From positions 310,001 to 374,000 of the forward strand of contig JAYWIR010000046.1 in NCBI GenBank assembly GCA_036172245.1: a stretch of 64,000 bases of DNA, in the 5' to 3' direction. The notes beneath the pieces were generated by a model. The model saw only the letters and a list, made by a program, of their open reading frames with translations, ran no database searches and had not been told where the DNA came from. Below are positions 1 through 11,810 of this stretch, piece by piece. The position numbers and the translations under genes were made by a program. Each line of letters starts with the position of its first letter. Positions within the stretch are counted from its first letter, which is position 1. Origin of the DNA: Raillietiella orientalis (lineage: Eukaryota).

Positions 1-1189
1 CGCAGGGGTCGGCGAGCGAGCGGCTGTGGCTGGCGCCGGCGGTGACGTCACGCCGTCATCCACCGCACACGCTGTCTTGCCTTCTTCGGCCGTCGCCTGC
101 GAGCACTCGCTTTAGAGAGCGGTCGGTGTTTGGTGGGGGAGCGAGCAGAAGTCAGCTGCGTGCGGCGGCCGGGCGTTGGAGTAGGTGGCCATGCCCGTCC
201 ACGCCATTGCCCGTTTGGTGCTTGGCTCCGATCGCGTTCGTGCGCGAACCGTCGAGATGAGCGAACGCTTCGGCCAGTTCCCCTGCGCGCCACGCTTGAG
301 TGCGAGGCAACTGAATCAGTCGCCCAAACGGCCAGGAGCGGAACGCCAATTTTCGCCGGTTTTTCCAGGTCGGAGTGCTTCCAGTGCAGTTAGAGCAGCT
401 GGTACGGGCGCGCCATGGACAGCGTCGTGCTCAATGCCTGGCGCGGTCAATAGCTCCAGTTGCCTGCGTTCCACGGAAGCGGACTGTCCGCTTTCCGGCG
501 TGCTCTGCTGGATCTCGGCCGCACTTCGGCATGGCGAGATCGGTGCTCGTCCTTGCACCTCGGTCGCTTTCCCAGTGCGCTCCGCGTCGGGACGGCGGTC
601 TCAGCCTCCTGACGCTGGAGCGCTTGGAAATTCAGCTGCGATGGCGCACCATGGCCATCACAGCGAAGATGTGGAGCACCTCTTGGTGCATTCCGGCCTG
701 CCTCCTCGCCAGCCGTGTATCCCGGTGCGATGGACTCGCGTCTTTTCTTCTGTGCCCACGCCGGAGGATCAGAAGATGCGGCCTACTGCTCGGGCACATG
801 GCAACCCTGGCGAAGGAGAACAGCTGGATGGTTTGCAGCCCCGCCAACTCCTCCGCCTGGCTGGAGGAGAAAATCGGCACCTGGGCAGTAGTAAACCAGA
901 GGAGCCACGAGTCATGGAATCTCGAAGACCACGTCTCTGGCGGGCTCGGTGGACAGCAGACTGGGTGCTGGACCCCACCGTGCCTGAAGAAGCGCCTCCA
1001 TAAACGTCGAAGATTTCTCCGTCTCTGAAAGGAAAGGAAAGAGATTAGCCACGGAAGGAGAATCTTCCGTGACGTCCCCTGGGGAGCACCCTCCACCCTC
1101 TTTGCGGCATGCGGTCGAGTTTGTCCGAGCGTCCTCATGCTCCACCACGTACGTGGGAAAGCGACCTTATCACCCGGGTTCGCCTGGGG

Positions 1190-2600
1190 CGTTTATTGGA
1201 AAACTCTACATTCGCGGTACAAGGCCCCACTACGGCCAACTCAACAGAACCTGCCGGGTCGCCGGTACGCAGACCGGCACGGCTCTCCTCGGCAGCGGAA
1301 AGGGATGGGGGAAAATACAAAAAGAAAAAAAAAACAATAAGAGGAGAAAAAGAATTTGGAGGGCCGGAAAGGGATCACTGACCACGCTCCACCGAAGGAG
1401 TCCCTTGGGAATATGACGAGGCGTGGCGGCATCTGCCAGCTCGCTAGTCCTCCAGCCGCCCATGGGTTGGGATGCTCCTGCAATAGTGCAGCCGACTTCC
1501 CACCTTGCCGGCAGGCAACTGTCATCACTTACCCTTAGGGCAGACAGCGCTGCGGCAAGGGGCGTGGCGACCAGGCTGGTCCACTTGCCCTGGTCTTGTA
1601 TCAAATCTTCCAATAGAGGATAAGAGGAAAGGTGCACGCAACGAAGTTCTATTAGCGGCACTTCCCGACACCTTGCCCAAGACGATAACGCTTCCTGCCG
1701 CCAGGCATTAAAGTTCGTTGGGCGGCAGGAGATTCAAGTGTGGCTCCCAGGAGCCGGTAGAGAGGTTTCAAGTAGAAACCGAAGCTTCTCGTGGCGCACT
1801 CCGTATGCAGCAGTAACGAAAGAAGTCCGTCGCTGCCGGTGCAGCGCCGCAGTAGCAGGCGCGCGGGAGCACACCACGGAGTGGATCACAGTTTGGCGGA
1901 AAGGATCAACATTCGAAACTGCACTGCAGTTCGACTTTATCCAACGTCAGGATACCTGAACCGGCATCCCGACACGGAGACGCCAAGTCTTTTAGGCGGA
2001 TCCTGGACCGGGCGGGTCCCCACAAAGCGTTTCTCAACAGGCGTCGCGCCTGGAGCTTGGCCGAGTAGGAGGGCAGACAAACAAAAAACAGGGGTGGAAG
2101 AAGGGGGTAATGAAGGTGTTCCAAACATAGACCGGTTCCGGCAGGACGAACCTGCCAGCTTGGAACGGGCCCAGAACACTCTTAGTCTTCCGAAGGCAGT
2201 CGGACCACGCCTCCGCCGAACTGATGTCCCCCAGTGGGCCGCCAAGGTACTCGAAGCACCTAGTCGTCGGGATCACCAGGCGTATCCAGTCGGACAACCC
2301 CTCCCACGCCTCACCGACAGGAACGATCACACTCTTCCTCCTATTTAGTATATATACCGCCGAAGCAGGTACATATATTATTTACGCTCACGTCCGCTCC
2401 CCGGCGAATCAGCTCGAAGAAATCCTCGAGACTGGACGCTGGGTGCACATGGGTAAGAGGAGAAGCAGGTCGTCGGCAAGAGCTCTGAGCAGATGGGCCA
2501 GCGTCAACCGGTACGGCAAGACGTGTTTGAGCGTAGTTCCGGCGTGTAGAAGTTCAAGTAGTGCTGGAAAATTTTCTTGCAACGACTTGTGATAATTTAC
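1190..2600 (-). mobile_element. Degenerate, 5'-truncated non-LTR retrotransposon (L1/Tx1-like LINE): reverse transcriptase and downstream region
   Basis: Minus-strand translation, across frameshifts, gives RT motifs in the expected order: 'LRALADDLLLLL' (~2455-2490, (Y/F)ADD motif), 'FEYLGGPLG' (~2230-2256, YLG motif), 'VYVWNTFITP', and 'ALWG..RSRIRLKDLASPCRDAGSGIL' (~1950-2030, like the L1-clade FLW...P..GGLG block). A T-rich 3' region and a minus-strand AATAAA (~1192-1197) follow. Boundaries are approximate. Confidence 0.65.
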
Positions 2601-3229
2601 CGTTTTCTAATACCTATACACGTACTCTAGCTGTGTGCGGAAAATTAGTGTGGTAAGTTAGTTGGTGTTGCCCATATACGGATTATCCTCTGTCTCCCGC
2701 AGCTGCTATAGTTTAACTAGAGAGCTGTTGGTTGGCCAAAGTAAGAGTTTTTGCCCTGTCCCCATCAAGACATTGCCTAGGTTCAATTAACTTCAGTTTT
2801 TCACACATTTTTATAACAGTTGATGGTTTAAAAAAAATAAAATACAATTGTGAGTGATACGTGGGATTTCCTTTCACAATAGTTGCCATGGCATTGCAAT
2901 TGTTGATATTTTCTAAGATGATGGCGCGTCCACGTGGCATGCTTGTACCAGACCGATACCGCGCGCTAGGCACGTGATACCGTGCACGTATTCCGCTTAT
3001 ACACTGCTACTGTATACAAGAGTATTCACGCCCTGTGTCGCGTATTCGGAAAACTTTTTTTTTACCATGTCAATGGTGCACGCGATCTTATCTGTACTTC
3101 TAGAGGTTTCGCAGTAATTATTAACGATGTCCACTGACTTTTTATCCGATATACGTTTGTTTGCTTCATGACAGGTTCAGATATAGAAAATTTAAAACCG
3201 TCTCCCAAGCTCACTTTCTTAGACTCCGA

Positions 3230-4680
3230 CAGATGTGTTTCCCTCCCACGGCCATGCCCATGTCCAGTTGAGGGATGCAAGCTTGATTCCTCAGCTGAAG
3301 AAATGTATAATCGCTCCAGAGCACCATATCTCACGCATCCATGGTGTAACACCCCAAATTACTTTATACTTTTGTAACGAATGCAACTTTACTGCCGACC
3401 TTCTGAAATATTCTCCTGCCTCTCAGAAGTGCACTCAATCCACTCGAACACTGACACGTCCGCTTCGCTTGAAAAAGTTTCCCTGTGCGTTCTATCCCTC
3501 TAGCTTCGACCACAAGGGTTTCCGCGTGAAGCACAACCAAAGCGTGTGTGGCACAATTAGTACCCCATTTTTCACACTGAAACCTACGTTATCTGTTCCC
3601 TCGTATTCAGTCACCTTAAAACGTCAGCCCCGGAGAACGCATAGCTTTCTCATTCTCTTATAGCTTTCTCCCGAGCTGGAGACATGGATCATCTTCAGCC
3701 TACAGGAAATCCCCAATAACAAGACAACTTCCTGCACGTTCTAGTGCCCGCTCTTCCCCTATTCGAATGGAAAAACTTGAGAAGAAGGCATTTATTCAGT
3801 TCCCAATTAATCCTGCTCAATCTAATCCTGAGACAAACTGTTCGCTTGAGCCGTGCCTTCCTGTGTCTCCTACAAACTGCAGTATCTCTTGTTCATGTCT
3901 AGAACAAACTACAAAGTATCCTATTACTGCCCCAAATCCATCTCTTATTCGCCTTAGAACAACAACTCGTGCCCTTCGAGAAGCTATCCCTCAGCGGTTG
4001 CATCCATGCTTCCGCAACTCCCTACGCGAAAAATATTATACCGCAGTGCGATCCCTCGAGAAGATCCCCGATTCGATCGAAACACCATGCGAAACATCAC
4101 CTGTGGCGATCGCTCCACACACCGTAGATAGCTCCACGCAACAAAATTCTTTTCCAGCGACCCACAAACAAAACAACCGCTTTCCAGATGCAGCTACTAC
4201 ACACCTCTTCACCTTCCACATCTCGACAGCACAAAAGAACTCCAAAGTATCATCGCAATCCAGTATCACCTAGACTCCGTCGATCTTCTAGACACTGTTT
4301 AGCTGCACCACCAGCCAATCTGACCCTTCTTGGCTATCCAGCCTCTCCTCCAACCACCTCCCGTCCTACTACCCCTCCAATTGCGAACCTCCAACTCCAA
4401 CCAATTGCTAACGATGATTGGCTCTTACACCTGACAACGTCCTTTTGGTTCGATTTCCAGTATCTCGCACCCTATGCTGCATACTGCCATCCTGTCCCTG
4501 GAGAACACAAACACTCGATGCAAGCAACACACTTCGGTCTCTTAAACGTCACTTGACGACAGCACACAAGCTTCCTTTTCACAAGCACAGGTTACTCTGT
4601 AGGAAATGCAATCCGATGTCTCCTATCCTACTCAACATCACCCGTGCTACAAACACTTCGCTCGCCCTCAACCCCTTACG
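3230..4680 (+). mobile_element. Decayed N-terminal zinc-finger region resembling restriction-like-endonuclease LINEs (R2/NeSL/Utopia type)
   Basis: Broken frames contain repeated C2H2-like blocks separated by low-complexity P/S/T-rich linkers: 'CPVEGC...HISRIHG...YFCNECN', 'FPCAFYPSSF...HNQSVC' and 'LLVRFPVSRTLCCILPSC...SLKRHLTTAHKL...LLCRKCN'. No RT domain is visible, so the family call is tentative. Confidence 0.4.
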
Positions 4681-4708
4681 ATCCCCCTTTCTTTTCAATG
4701 TAACATTG

Positions 4709-4962
4709 GACCATCTCTGCATCCATTGGTGACGGATTATCCGCAGATATGCACCATCATAAAAGCATGTTAGGCAATCCGTCCTGAAGACCGATTATAT
4801 TTTCGAACTATGAGGAAGAAGTTCAAACTTTTGAAACAAGGATTGTAAGCAATAAGGACAATTAAAAATGAAAACTTGGTTCGACATTTTTTTCGCGAAG
4901 AGCAATTGCATTCAATTGACTTGAGTGATACGAACAGGCGATGTCATCCGGCAAAGCATTCT
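4709..4962 (+). pseudogene. Inverted copy of a guanylate cyclase kinase-homology exon (42383-42517) plus its downstream intron
   Basis: Matches the reverse complement of ~42260-42518, e.g. 'gaccatctctgcatccattggtgacggattatccgcagatatgcaccatcat...ggattgtaagcaataaggacaattaaaaatgaaaacttggttcga'. The Trp codon of ECWA has become TAG, and the splice donor and intron sequence are retained. Confidence 0.88.
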
Positions 4963-5509
4963 GCAGAGTATCTACGGGGAAAAGAGCTCCCCTCACTGAC
5001 AACATAAACGTTCCCTCTGTCAACAGAACTTCGGTGCCACTTTGTGGGGTTTCGTCAGTTGCAACGTCGAAGAGTTTTTTGCATTCTGTACTCGCTTCGA
5101 GGATCTCGCACCATCTCTGCTGATCACCGTCTCTGCCGTGAGTAGCACTTTGGTTCTTTCACCTCTCTTTCCGTCTTTGCTATTGAAATCTCCTTTGCAT
5201 TGAGGCTCGGGAAAAGACCCCGAAGACGGTCTGCAATATTTCGTTGTAGTGTTCAGTATCATGTAAAAATCAATCCAAGTCCATGTATCAGCAAAGGAGT
5301 TCTGAGATGACCTAAAAGAACCCTAGGAGAATGCGATCGCGTCTGTTGCTTCACATGCGCTTTTTAACTCTTGTTTTCCGCTAAGGCAATCAATCTTCAT
5401 TTACTAACCGAGGAAAGATAACAGCCTTGAAATACGCAGATATTCGTGATCTTCGATTGCTTTCATTTCTCAAACCGTTTGACTTTTTTTGATTTAATAT
5501 GCATCCATA

Positions 5510-5875
5510 ATGAGCGAAACGAAGAAAGACGAGTCAACGTGCACACAGGGAGAGTGTTTCAGTGAGCTACGTATGAGGTGTGTGAACTCTACTAAGGTTT
5601 TCAAGAACTACACAGCAGCAACGAAAGACATTCGAGGAGATGTTGGAGGAGCAACTCTAGTGCGATGTTTGCTTTCTCTGCGGCGAAGAGAAAGAAAAGA
5701 TCCACACTCACCGGCTATTGCTAGCAGCTGGCTGTCCCGTTTTCCATAAGATGTTCTACGGTGAATTATCATGCGACACTGGATTTTTCGTGGAGGTTCC
5801 AGATATCAGTTTGGAGGCGATGAAGAATTTGATTCCCTTGTACACGGATGATGGACCTAGCCAGAGTTATTTGGG
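5510..5875 (+). pseudogene. BTB-domain gene copy A: 5' fragment only
   Basis: 'MSETKKDESTCTQGECFSELR...' and 'HRLLLAAGCPVFHKMFYGELSCDTGFFVEVPDISLEAMKNLI-PLYTDD' are paralogous to the 9319-7861 gene. It has a frameshift near 5630, an in-frame TAG near 5657, and stops at ~5875. Its upstream sequence (~4990-5510) is an inverted paralog of ~9320-10040. Confidence 0.87.
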
Positions 5876-6800
5876 CACTGTCGCACTGTTGATGATGTTG
5901 GTAGTGGAGTTGATTGCTTTGACAATTGATGAAATCTCACTAGATGGAGGAAGAAGATGGCGGGATCAAGTCTTTATAGATGGACTGAAAGGAAATGTTG
6001 CTGAATGGTTCAGTCTTCTCTTGGTATGCATATAATGTTCTGAGTAGTGTTATAGTAGAAGCTGGTGGTAGGATCTAGAATCTGAATGATTGGTCGTGGC
6101 AATGCTATGGTTGGTATTTCTAGTATTAGGAAGGTTAGACGATTCCGGAGACAACTACTATAGCTGGTTTTACCAGGAATACGATTATGGTTAGAACATG
6201 GGCGCTCATGAGTCCGTGATAAGAGTTCCTTGTTGTTAATGAAAGCTGAATTTGGGGGTTCTGAGTGAATGACAAATCTTCAAGAGATAGCTAGTATGTT
6301 GACTTAAATTATGAAGATAAACTAGGATGTTTCAATATTTTTATAGTTTCTGGATATAACTCACCTTCGTAAAAAGTCCATACAACTTTAGATTTCTAAG
6401 TTTGGAAGTTAGTAGTTCATTTCACTTCATCTTTTGTTAACTAAAGGTGGCTCAGTGTACACAGTAGTGTTTGATTCTAGAAAACATCACTAATGTAACC
6501 TGCAGATAAAAAGGCTGAGAAGAACGGTAAGTTTTAAATTTATTTATGATTAAATCTTTTATTATGAGTTTAGATGGAAAGGTAGGATGTGTTCTTGAAC
6601 TTGAAGAATTGCAAATTCTCTGTAATACGGGAATAGAGGTAAGAATAAAAAAATTGGGGGTTGATGTCAAGATTAGAAGACGACGTAGGCTAGGAGTTGG
6701 AATGTAAGGGGTTTCAGAGGAGGAAGGGGAAAGATACAAAGAGTACGATTGCCAGAGGAATGCGGTCAATTCCGAGGATACTCAACTGAGCAGAAATCCC
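5876..6800 (-). mobile_element. Possible highly decayed LINE (endonuclease-like remnant) that truncates BTB copy A
   Basis: Homology to the BTB gene ends abruptly and strand composition becomes skewed. Weak LINE-like peptides appear on the minus strand ('EISSIVKAINSTTNIINSATVPK'), with many stops. Confidence 0.25.
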
Positions 6801-7860
6801 GGGAAGCAAGGTGCGTTCCAGGCGCTAGATATCAGGAAAAATCAGAGAAAGAGCGCATTTAATTTAACAATTAAATTACAGGGGGCAACAGAGTAATAGG
6901 TATTTTTTTTAAATATAAAAGTATAAATTTTATTGAGTTTAAAAAGTCGATGAGGAGATATGCAATTCATATGAAGGGAAAAGAATTTCTTGCTGGCGCT
7001 TTTCATGCTATGTGGGAAAATTGATGAGTAGCTTATTAGTCGGATAGATGGGGTGGATGATGCTTACTTGGGAGATGATATTGGAAGTGAAATTTAAAAA
7101 AAGGCGCTATCTGAGGAGAACGGCGAAGAATGCATCCTAATTGTTAAAGTAATTGTGATCTTGGAATTAAGGAAAGGTCACCAAAGAGAGGATTCCATTT
7201 TTCACGAAGTATCAACTGCGACCTTGACCTTGAGATAGGTAACCATAAGATGAAGATTCATGGTAACAGTCTGTTCGACTGAGACGAGTGATTTGAGTTG
7301 AGATCGCGTAAGCCAGATTGTTTTCTCTTTAGAACCTCGTACTCGTTGTGCATCTACCCACAAAGAATACCGAAAGAAATGCTGCACCTATTTCTTCTGA
7401 ACATGATGCGCAAATGCACCTTGCAAGCAAGACGTGGTTCCATAGTCCGATACGTTTCTACGACGAAGATTCATGTGTGCTCACTCCGGAGTCAGCAAAA
7501 CCGAAGCTAACCATTTTTGGAAACTAGAGCTTTACGTAGTCAAACAGGGGAGACCTTTCCCTCCAGGACGTCAAGTTGCAGAGCTCAGTGCCCAGGAAGA
7601 TGCCCGTCACAATCATCGATTCAACGACTGCACTTCCCTTTTATCCGCAGAAAAACAGCAACGGTCTGCACAGAGATCGCTTTATTTGCACGCAGGAGGT
7701 GCATCTGCATCTGCAGATCCTGTGTACAATACATTTATTGCTGGCATTAGCCAGCTGACATGCGTATTCAACTCTGGATTGGTTCTTACTGTAAACTAAA
7801 AAAAGCCATAGTTTCGATGTTGAGACGATGTCGATAGCTCTCCTAGGAATTCTTGCACTC

Positions 7861-9319
7861 TTAAAGTGTGGAGTCTTCAAGAAGACCTTCTAAGAAGACT
7901 TCTTCTTCAAAAAGACGTCTTCTTTCAAGAAACCACAGCGTCATCTCCAGTCCTTCTGCTAAATCCTTATACAAATCGATATCCTCCAACACCCGATGTT
8001 TCTGCAGAACATCGCTCCTCATAAAAGAGCCTGTGACGTGTGGAAATCCCTGTCGTGGAGATATTTAATCATAGGTATCCAGCAGTCTCTCTACCTTTGT
8101 GAAAATCCCGATTCCGTAGAAAACCTTTCTGGTAAAGGGAAGCATGGATCCAAACACTCTTATGGAAGCAGCATTCGAGGTTCCCGAATGTCCGGCGAAC
8201 TTAGAGCACTTTGCATTGGAGCCTTTGTCTTCACACCAAATCACCACTCTAAATGGGGTGTTTTCGGGAAGAGGCTTGGAGAAAGTTACACCGTGGAAAA
8301 AGGAATCCTCTCTCAATTGCAGTCTTCTCGCCATCGATATACCGAAAACACTTCTTTGATATTTGAACTTACTGGAAGCCACCAAATCTTTCTGATTCCC
8401 AAGGATGCACAGGGAAAAAACCAGAAATTCCAAAACACTTGGATGGAGATCTGGGAGTAGCAGGAAATCCAAGGCACGATCCCTTCTTTTGCAGGGCAAT
8501 GTGGAGAAGAAGTTGAAATGCTCCCTCATCTCCCAGAAGGTCAGAGTCTTCGTATATTTTGGCAAGTTCTTTGGCGGAGAGCAAAGGGAAACGGATGACT
8601 TGAATGACATCAAGACAATCATATGGATGTTCTTTCTGCCACCTGGAGACTGCGTAGGCGATGTCTATTTCTTGCATTGCAAGCGTATCCCTAATCAGTA
8701 GCTGAAGCAGGATATCCTTCGATAGTATGACGAAATCGTCAGACTCCAATACTAAAGGTGCAATCTTATCGATATAAACCATGCATTCTTCGAGAAAATC
8801 GAAATCCTCTAAAAGGTAGGCAATGTTCAACAGCTCGCAGCAATTGTCTGGATTCCTCCGCTTTCTCATGATATCCAAGCAGCACGATTTCAAATTGTGG
8901 ATCATATACTTGTTGGCCGCGTACAGCGTAGTGCAGATACTTTTCCAACACTTCTCGCTGGGACTATCACCCGTATACAGGAAAAGAATCAAATTGTTCA
9001 TCGCCTCCAAACTGATATCTGGAACCTCCACGAAGAAACCGGTGTTGGATGAGAGTTTTCCGTAGAACATCTTATGGAAAACGGGACTGCCAGCTGCTAG
9101 CAACAGCCGGTGAGCATGGATCTTCTCTCTCTTTTTGCCACAAATAAAGCATACATCGCACAAGAGTTGCTTCTCCAGCATCTCCTTGTATCTGTCTTTC
9201 TCTGGTGCTGTGTAGTTGTTCAAAAGCTTTGTAGAGTTTGTGCAAGTCCCACGTGGCTCACTAATGCACTCCCCCTCGCACCCTGTGATCGTTGACTCGT
9301 TTGTATTTGCGTCGCTCAT
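7861..9319 (-). CDS. BTB/POZ-BACK domain protein (copy B, apparently intact, ~455 aa) with an unassigned C-terminal domain; similar to BTBD1/2/3/6-type Cul3 adaptors
   Basis: BTB motifs 'CDVCFICG...IHAHRLLLAAGSPVFHKMFYG...VEVPDIS...LILFLYTG...LYAANKYMI' and BACK motifs 'F..LSKDILLQLLIRDTL..QEIDI..AV.RW...IRFPLLS.KEL'. Predicted exons are 9319-8373, 8326-8095 and 8049-7861 (stop TAA). Introns are 8372-8327 (46 nt, GTAAGT...AG; an alternative AG 3 nt further keeps the frame) and 8094-8050 (45 nt, GT...CAG). Both intron positions are conserved in copies C and D. A pyrimidine-rich acceptor just upstream of the ATG implies a non-coding first exon. Confidence 0.82.
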
Positions 9320-11120
9320 TATGGATGACACGCTAAAAAGAAAAATCGATCAGTTTGAGAAATGAAGGAAATAGAAAATCGTGAACAAGTCCGTATTACA
9401 AAAATTTTCTCTCCGCGGTTAGTAAATGAAGATCGACTTTTAGACGAAAACAAGCTTCGACAATCTTCAGAGTGGTCTTGCCGCGAGGTAGTTTCCAAAA
9501 AAGACAAGTTCAAGAGTCATAAAGCATTCTGGTACTGCACTTCTTGGACGACATGTAGAATGGGTGAGAGTGCAGGCGATCAAAAAGAATACCTGAAAGC
9601 CTTCTCAGAGTTTAAGCATGCGCAGCACCAAACGCTTGTTTAGCAAAGAAAATAAGAGATAAATGGCGCATGCGAAGCAACAGAAGCGAGAGCTTTCTTG
9701 GAAGGCTTTTGGGGGGTCACCTCACAGATCCTTCACGAATAAACCGCATTTGATGAATTCTTCAATAACGCTCGAAATTACAAATAAGTCGTTGCAGACT
9801 CTCTTCGGGGTCTCTTTTTTCGCCACACGTGCTGATACAAAGCAGATTTCAGCAGAAGGGAAGAAAAGAAAGGTGAAAGAACTAAAGTGCTACTCACAGC
9901 AGAGATGGAACTCGGAAGAGACGGTGCGAGATCCTTAGAGCGGGTACAGGATACAAAAAAACACGTATACTCTCTCCGGCAAGAAAATGCATGGAAATGG
10001 CACCGAAGTTCAGTTGGTGGAGGCAACTTTATGTTGACTCAGAGAGGACTCGTTTTCTTTTCTGGAAAAAGCAGTGTTGGCGATTCCGAAGAAGCGGAAG
10101 TATCATTTCCGTGGGTGCAGGAATCGACGCACACACATGCCGTAGCAGCACGAGAAGTGCAAATCCGTTGCTTCTTCGTCCATTTCTCGAAATGAACAAA
10201 GAATTTCAGTGTTTCTCGAAATATTCCACGGTATTGCGGTGTCCGTCGGTTGGCAATAGTTTTCCAAACTGTCTTCGCGGACGTACACGGGTTCCTTGAA
10301 GAAAGGGTGAAAGCGCAGTGCTCGGCACCTCACGAGACCCACCTCCTGCGTAAGATAGAGGTAATGAAGAAAGTGCTCCCAATCAATTCGAGGAAAGGCC
10401 AAGAGCATTCTTAGCATAGGTTCTATGAGGTACCGCGTCAAAGTAAGTAACGCAACTACGATGGAAAGAGACTCGCTCCACTTATCGCAAGTCGCGGAAT
10501 GTAGGGTTCCGTTCTTTTTGCAAAAATTGGCGTGCCGAGCAATCGCGGAGCGATGGAGACTGCAAAGTAAGCACGTGGTCATAGGGATGCTGAAGTTGCA
10601 GCTTCAGATTTGAGTTGTAGGTGCACAACCGGGGCACAAGCTCCGTTCGCTTTTGTGTATCCTAGAACAAAAGCATCATTAAGATGTGTTTGAAGTCTCA
10701 CTCCAGAAGCTTTCTTTGAGATGCACTTCCCATCCGTGATCTTGTGTCAGCCGCCACAGAGAGCTTCGCACAGTAGCGACCACGACGCCCGCGATTGGTA
10801 TCACTCGAGTCAACACCCCTTTTTAAGCCTTTGAAGGAGATGGGACACGCACAGGAGTGTCTATCAAGCCAGGCGAAATTCTCGGGACGTGAGATGGTTG
10901 CAAGTGGTTAATGATGAGCTAAGAAATGATGCATTGCGCTTCAGAGTTGCCATCAAAGTGCCAAAGTGAATTGTAAGTGGGGGGGGGGGCGCCCAAGGTA
11001 GAGTTTGAAGCGTTGAAAGTCTTGTATTAGCAACTCTTCCATTACTTTTGCATCGTTCCGGATTTCTCTCCACCTTGGGATGGACTTCAGAAATGCTGCC
11101 GAATCTGTTGACTTCGTGAT
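9320..11120. repeat. Upstream flank of BTB copy B; direct paralog of ~19123-20260 (flank of copy C)
   Basis: Shared blocks, e.g. 'ttggcgtgccgagcaatcgcggagcgatggagac' vs 'ttggcgtcccgagcaattgcgtagcattggagac', and 'gagatggttgcaagtggttaatgatgagctaagaaatgatgcattgcgcttcagagtt' vs 'gagctggttgcaagtggctaacgaagacgaagaaattatgcattgcgcttcacagtt'. Confidence 0.85.
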
Positions 11121-11810
11121 CCATTTTCTATTTCCTTAGGTCCGAGAAGTGGCGTGTGAATTTATCGGCTACTTTAATGAATTGCTGTCGCACGTTTCCG
11201 TATGCATTTGCAAGATCGCAGTTTTCGTAAATACAAACGCTTTCTTCTTCCTGTCACGGTTTTCTCCTATTCGGGTGTAACAATCAACCCTTCTCTTTGG
11301 GCAGTGTCTTCTGTCTTTTCCAGGATGGAGAGGTGGGTCTAGAAGGATATTTTTCCTCACTTGCTGATCCCAGTTTCTGTATGCAGCACTCCTTTGAAGA
11401 TGTTCGCGGAAGGCACTCGGACATTGATATGCCGCAACTTTGCCCTTGTTATCACGATGCTCGTGATGTAGAGGGAGAAGATTGTGTGTTAGTGGGATTG
11501 CATCGCTGAACATTGCCGTTAACTCCGAATATTCCCGCCAAGACGTCCGTTTCCATTTTCTACTCCAGGTTAATCCCCACCACATCCCAGTATTCTCCAG
11601 TCGTTGCGTGGCGTTTGGCATGTGAAGATGTGAAGCTGTGTTCCGCTGTCCCCACAGGCTTTGCAGAGTTTACCTTGGCGATATCACCATTTGCATAATA
11701 TCTTAAAAATTGATATTAACTTAGTATTAAAACCTTATAATAGCTACCTCTAAGCCCATAATCTATCATTATCATCTTACATTTACAAAAAGAACAAGCT
11801 TATCCGTGAT

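Noticed and set aside
185..1138. Long overlapping ORFs (272, 217 and 168 aa) as genes
   Set aside because: They are Arg/Ser/Pro-rich, open in several frames as expected for GC-rich DNA, and contain no domain motifs.
8065..8067. Premature stop making BTB copy B a pseudogene, or stop-codon readthrough
   Set aside because: The TAA falls inside a 45-nt GT-AG intron whose position is conserved in copies C (46 nt) and D (45 nt).
8360..8460. Conserved programmed frameshift, or overlapping ORFs (8369-9331 and 8065-8622; likewise 18192-18992 and 17798-18256)
   Set aside because: A GT(A/G)AGT donor sits at the stop codon in all three copies, with phase-compatible acceptors 46-49 nt away. A short intron is the simpler explanation.
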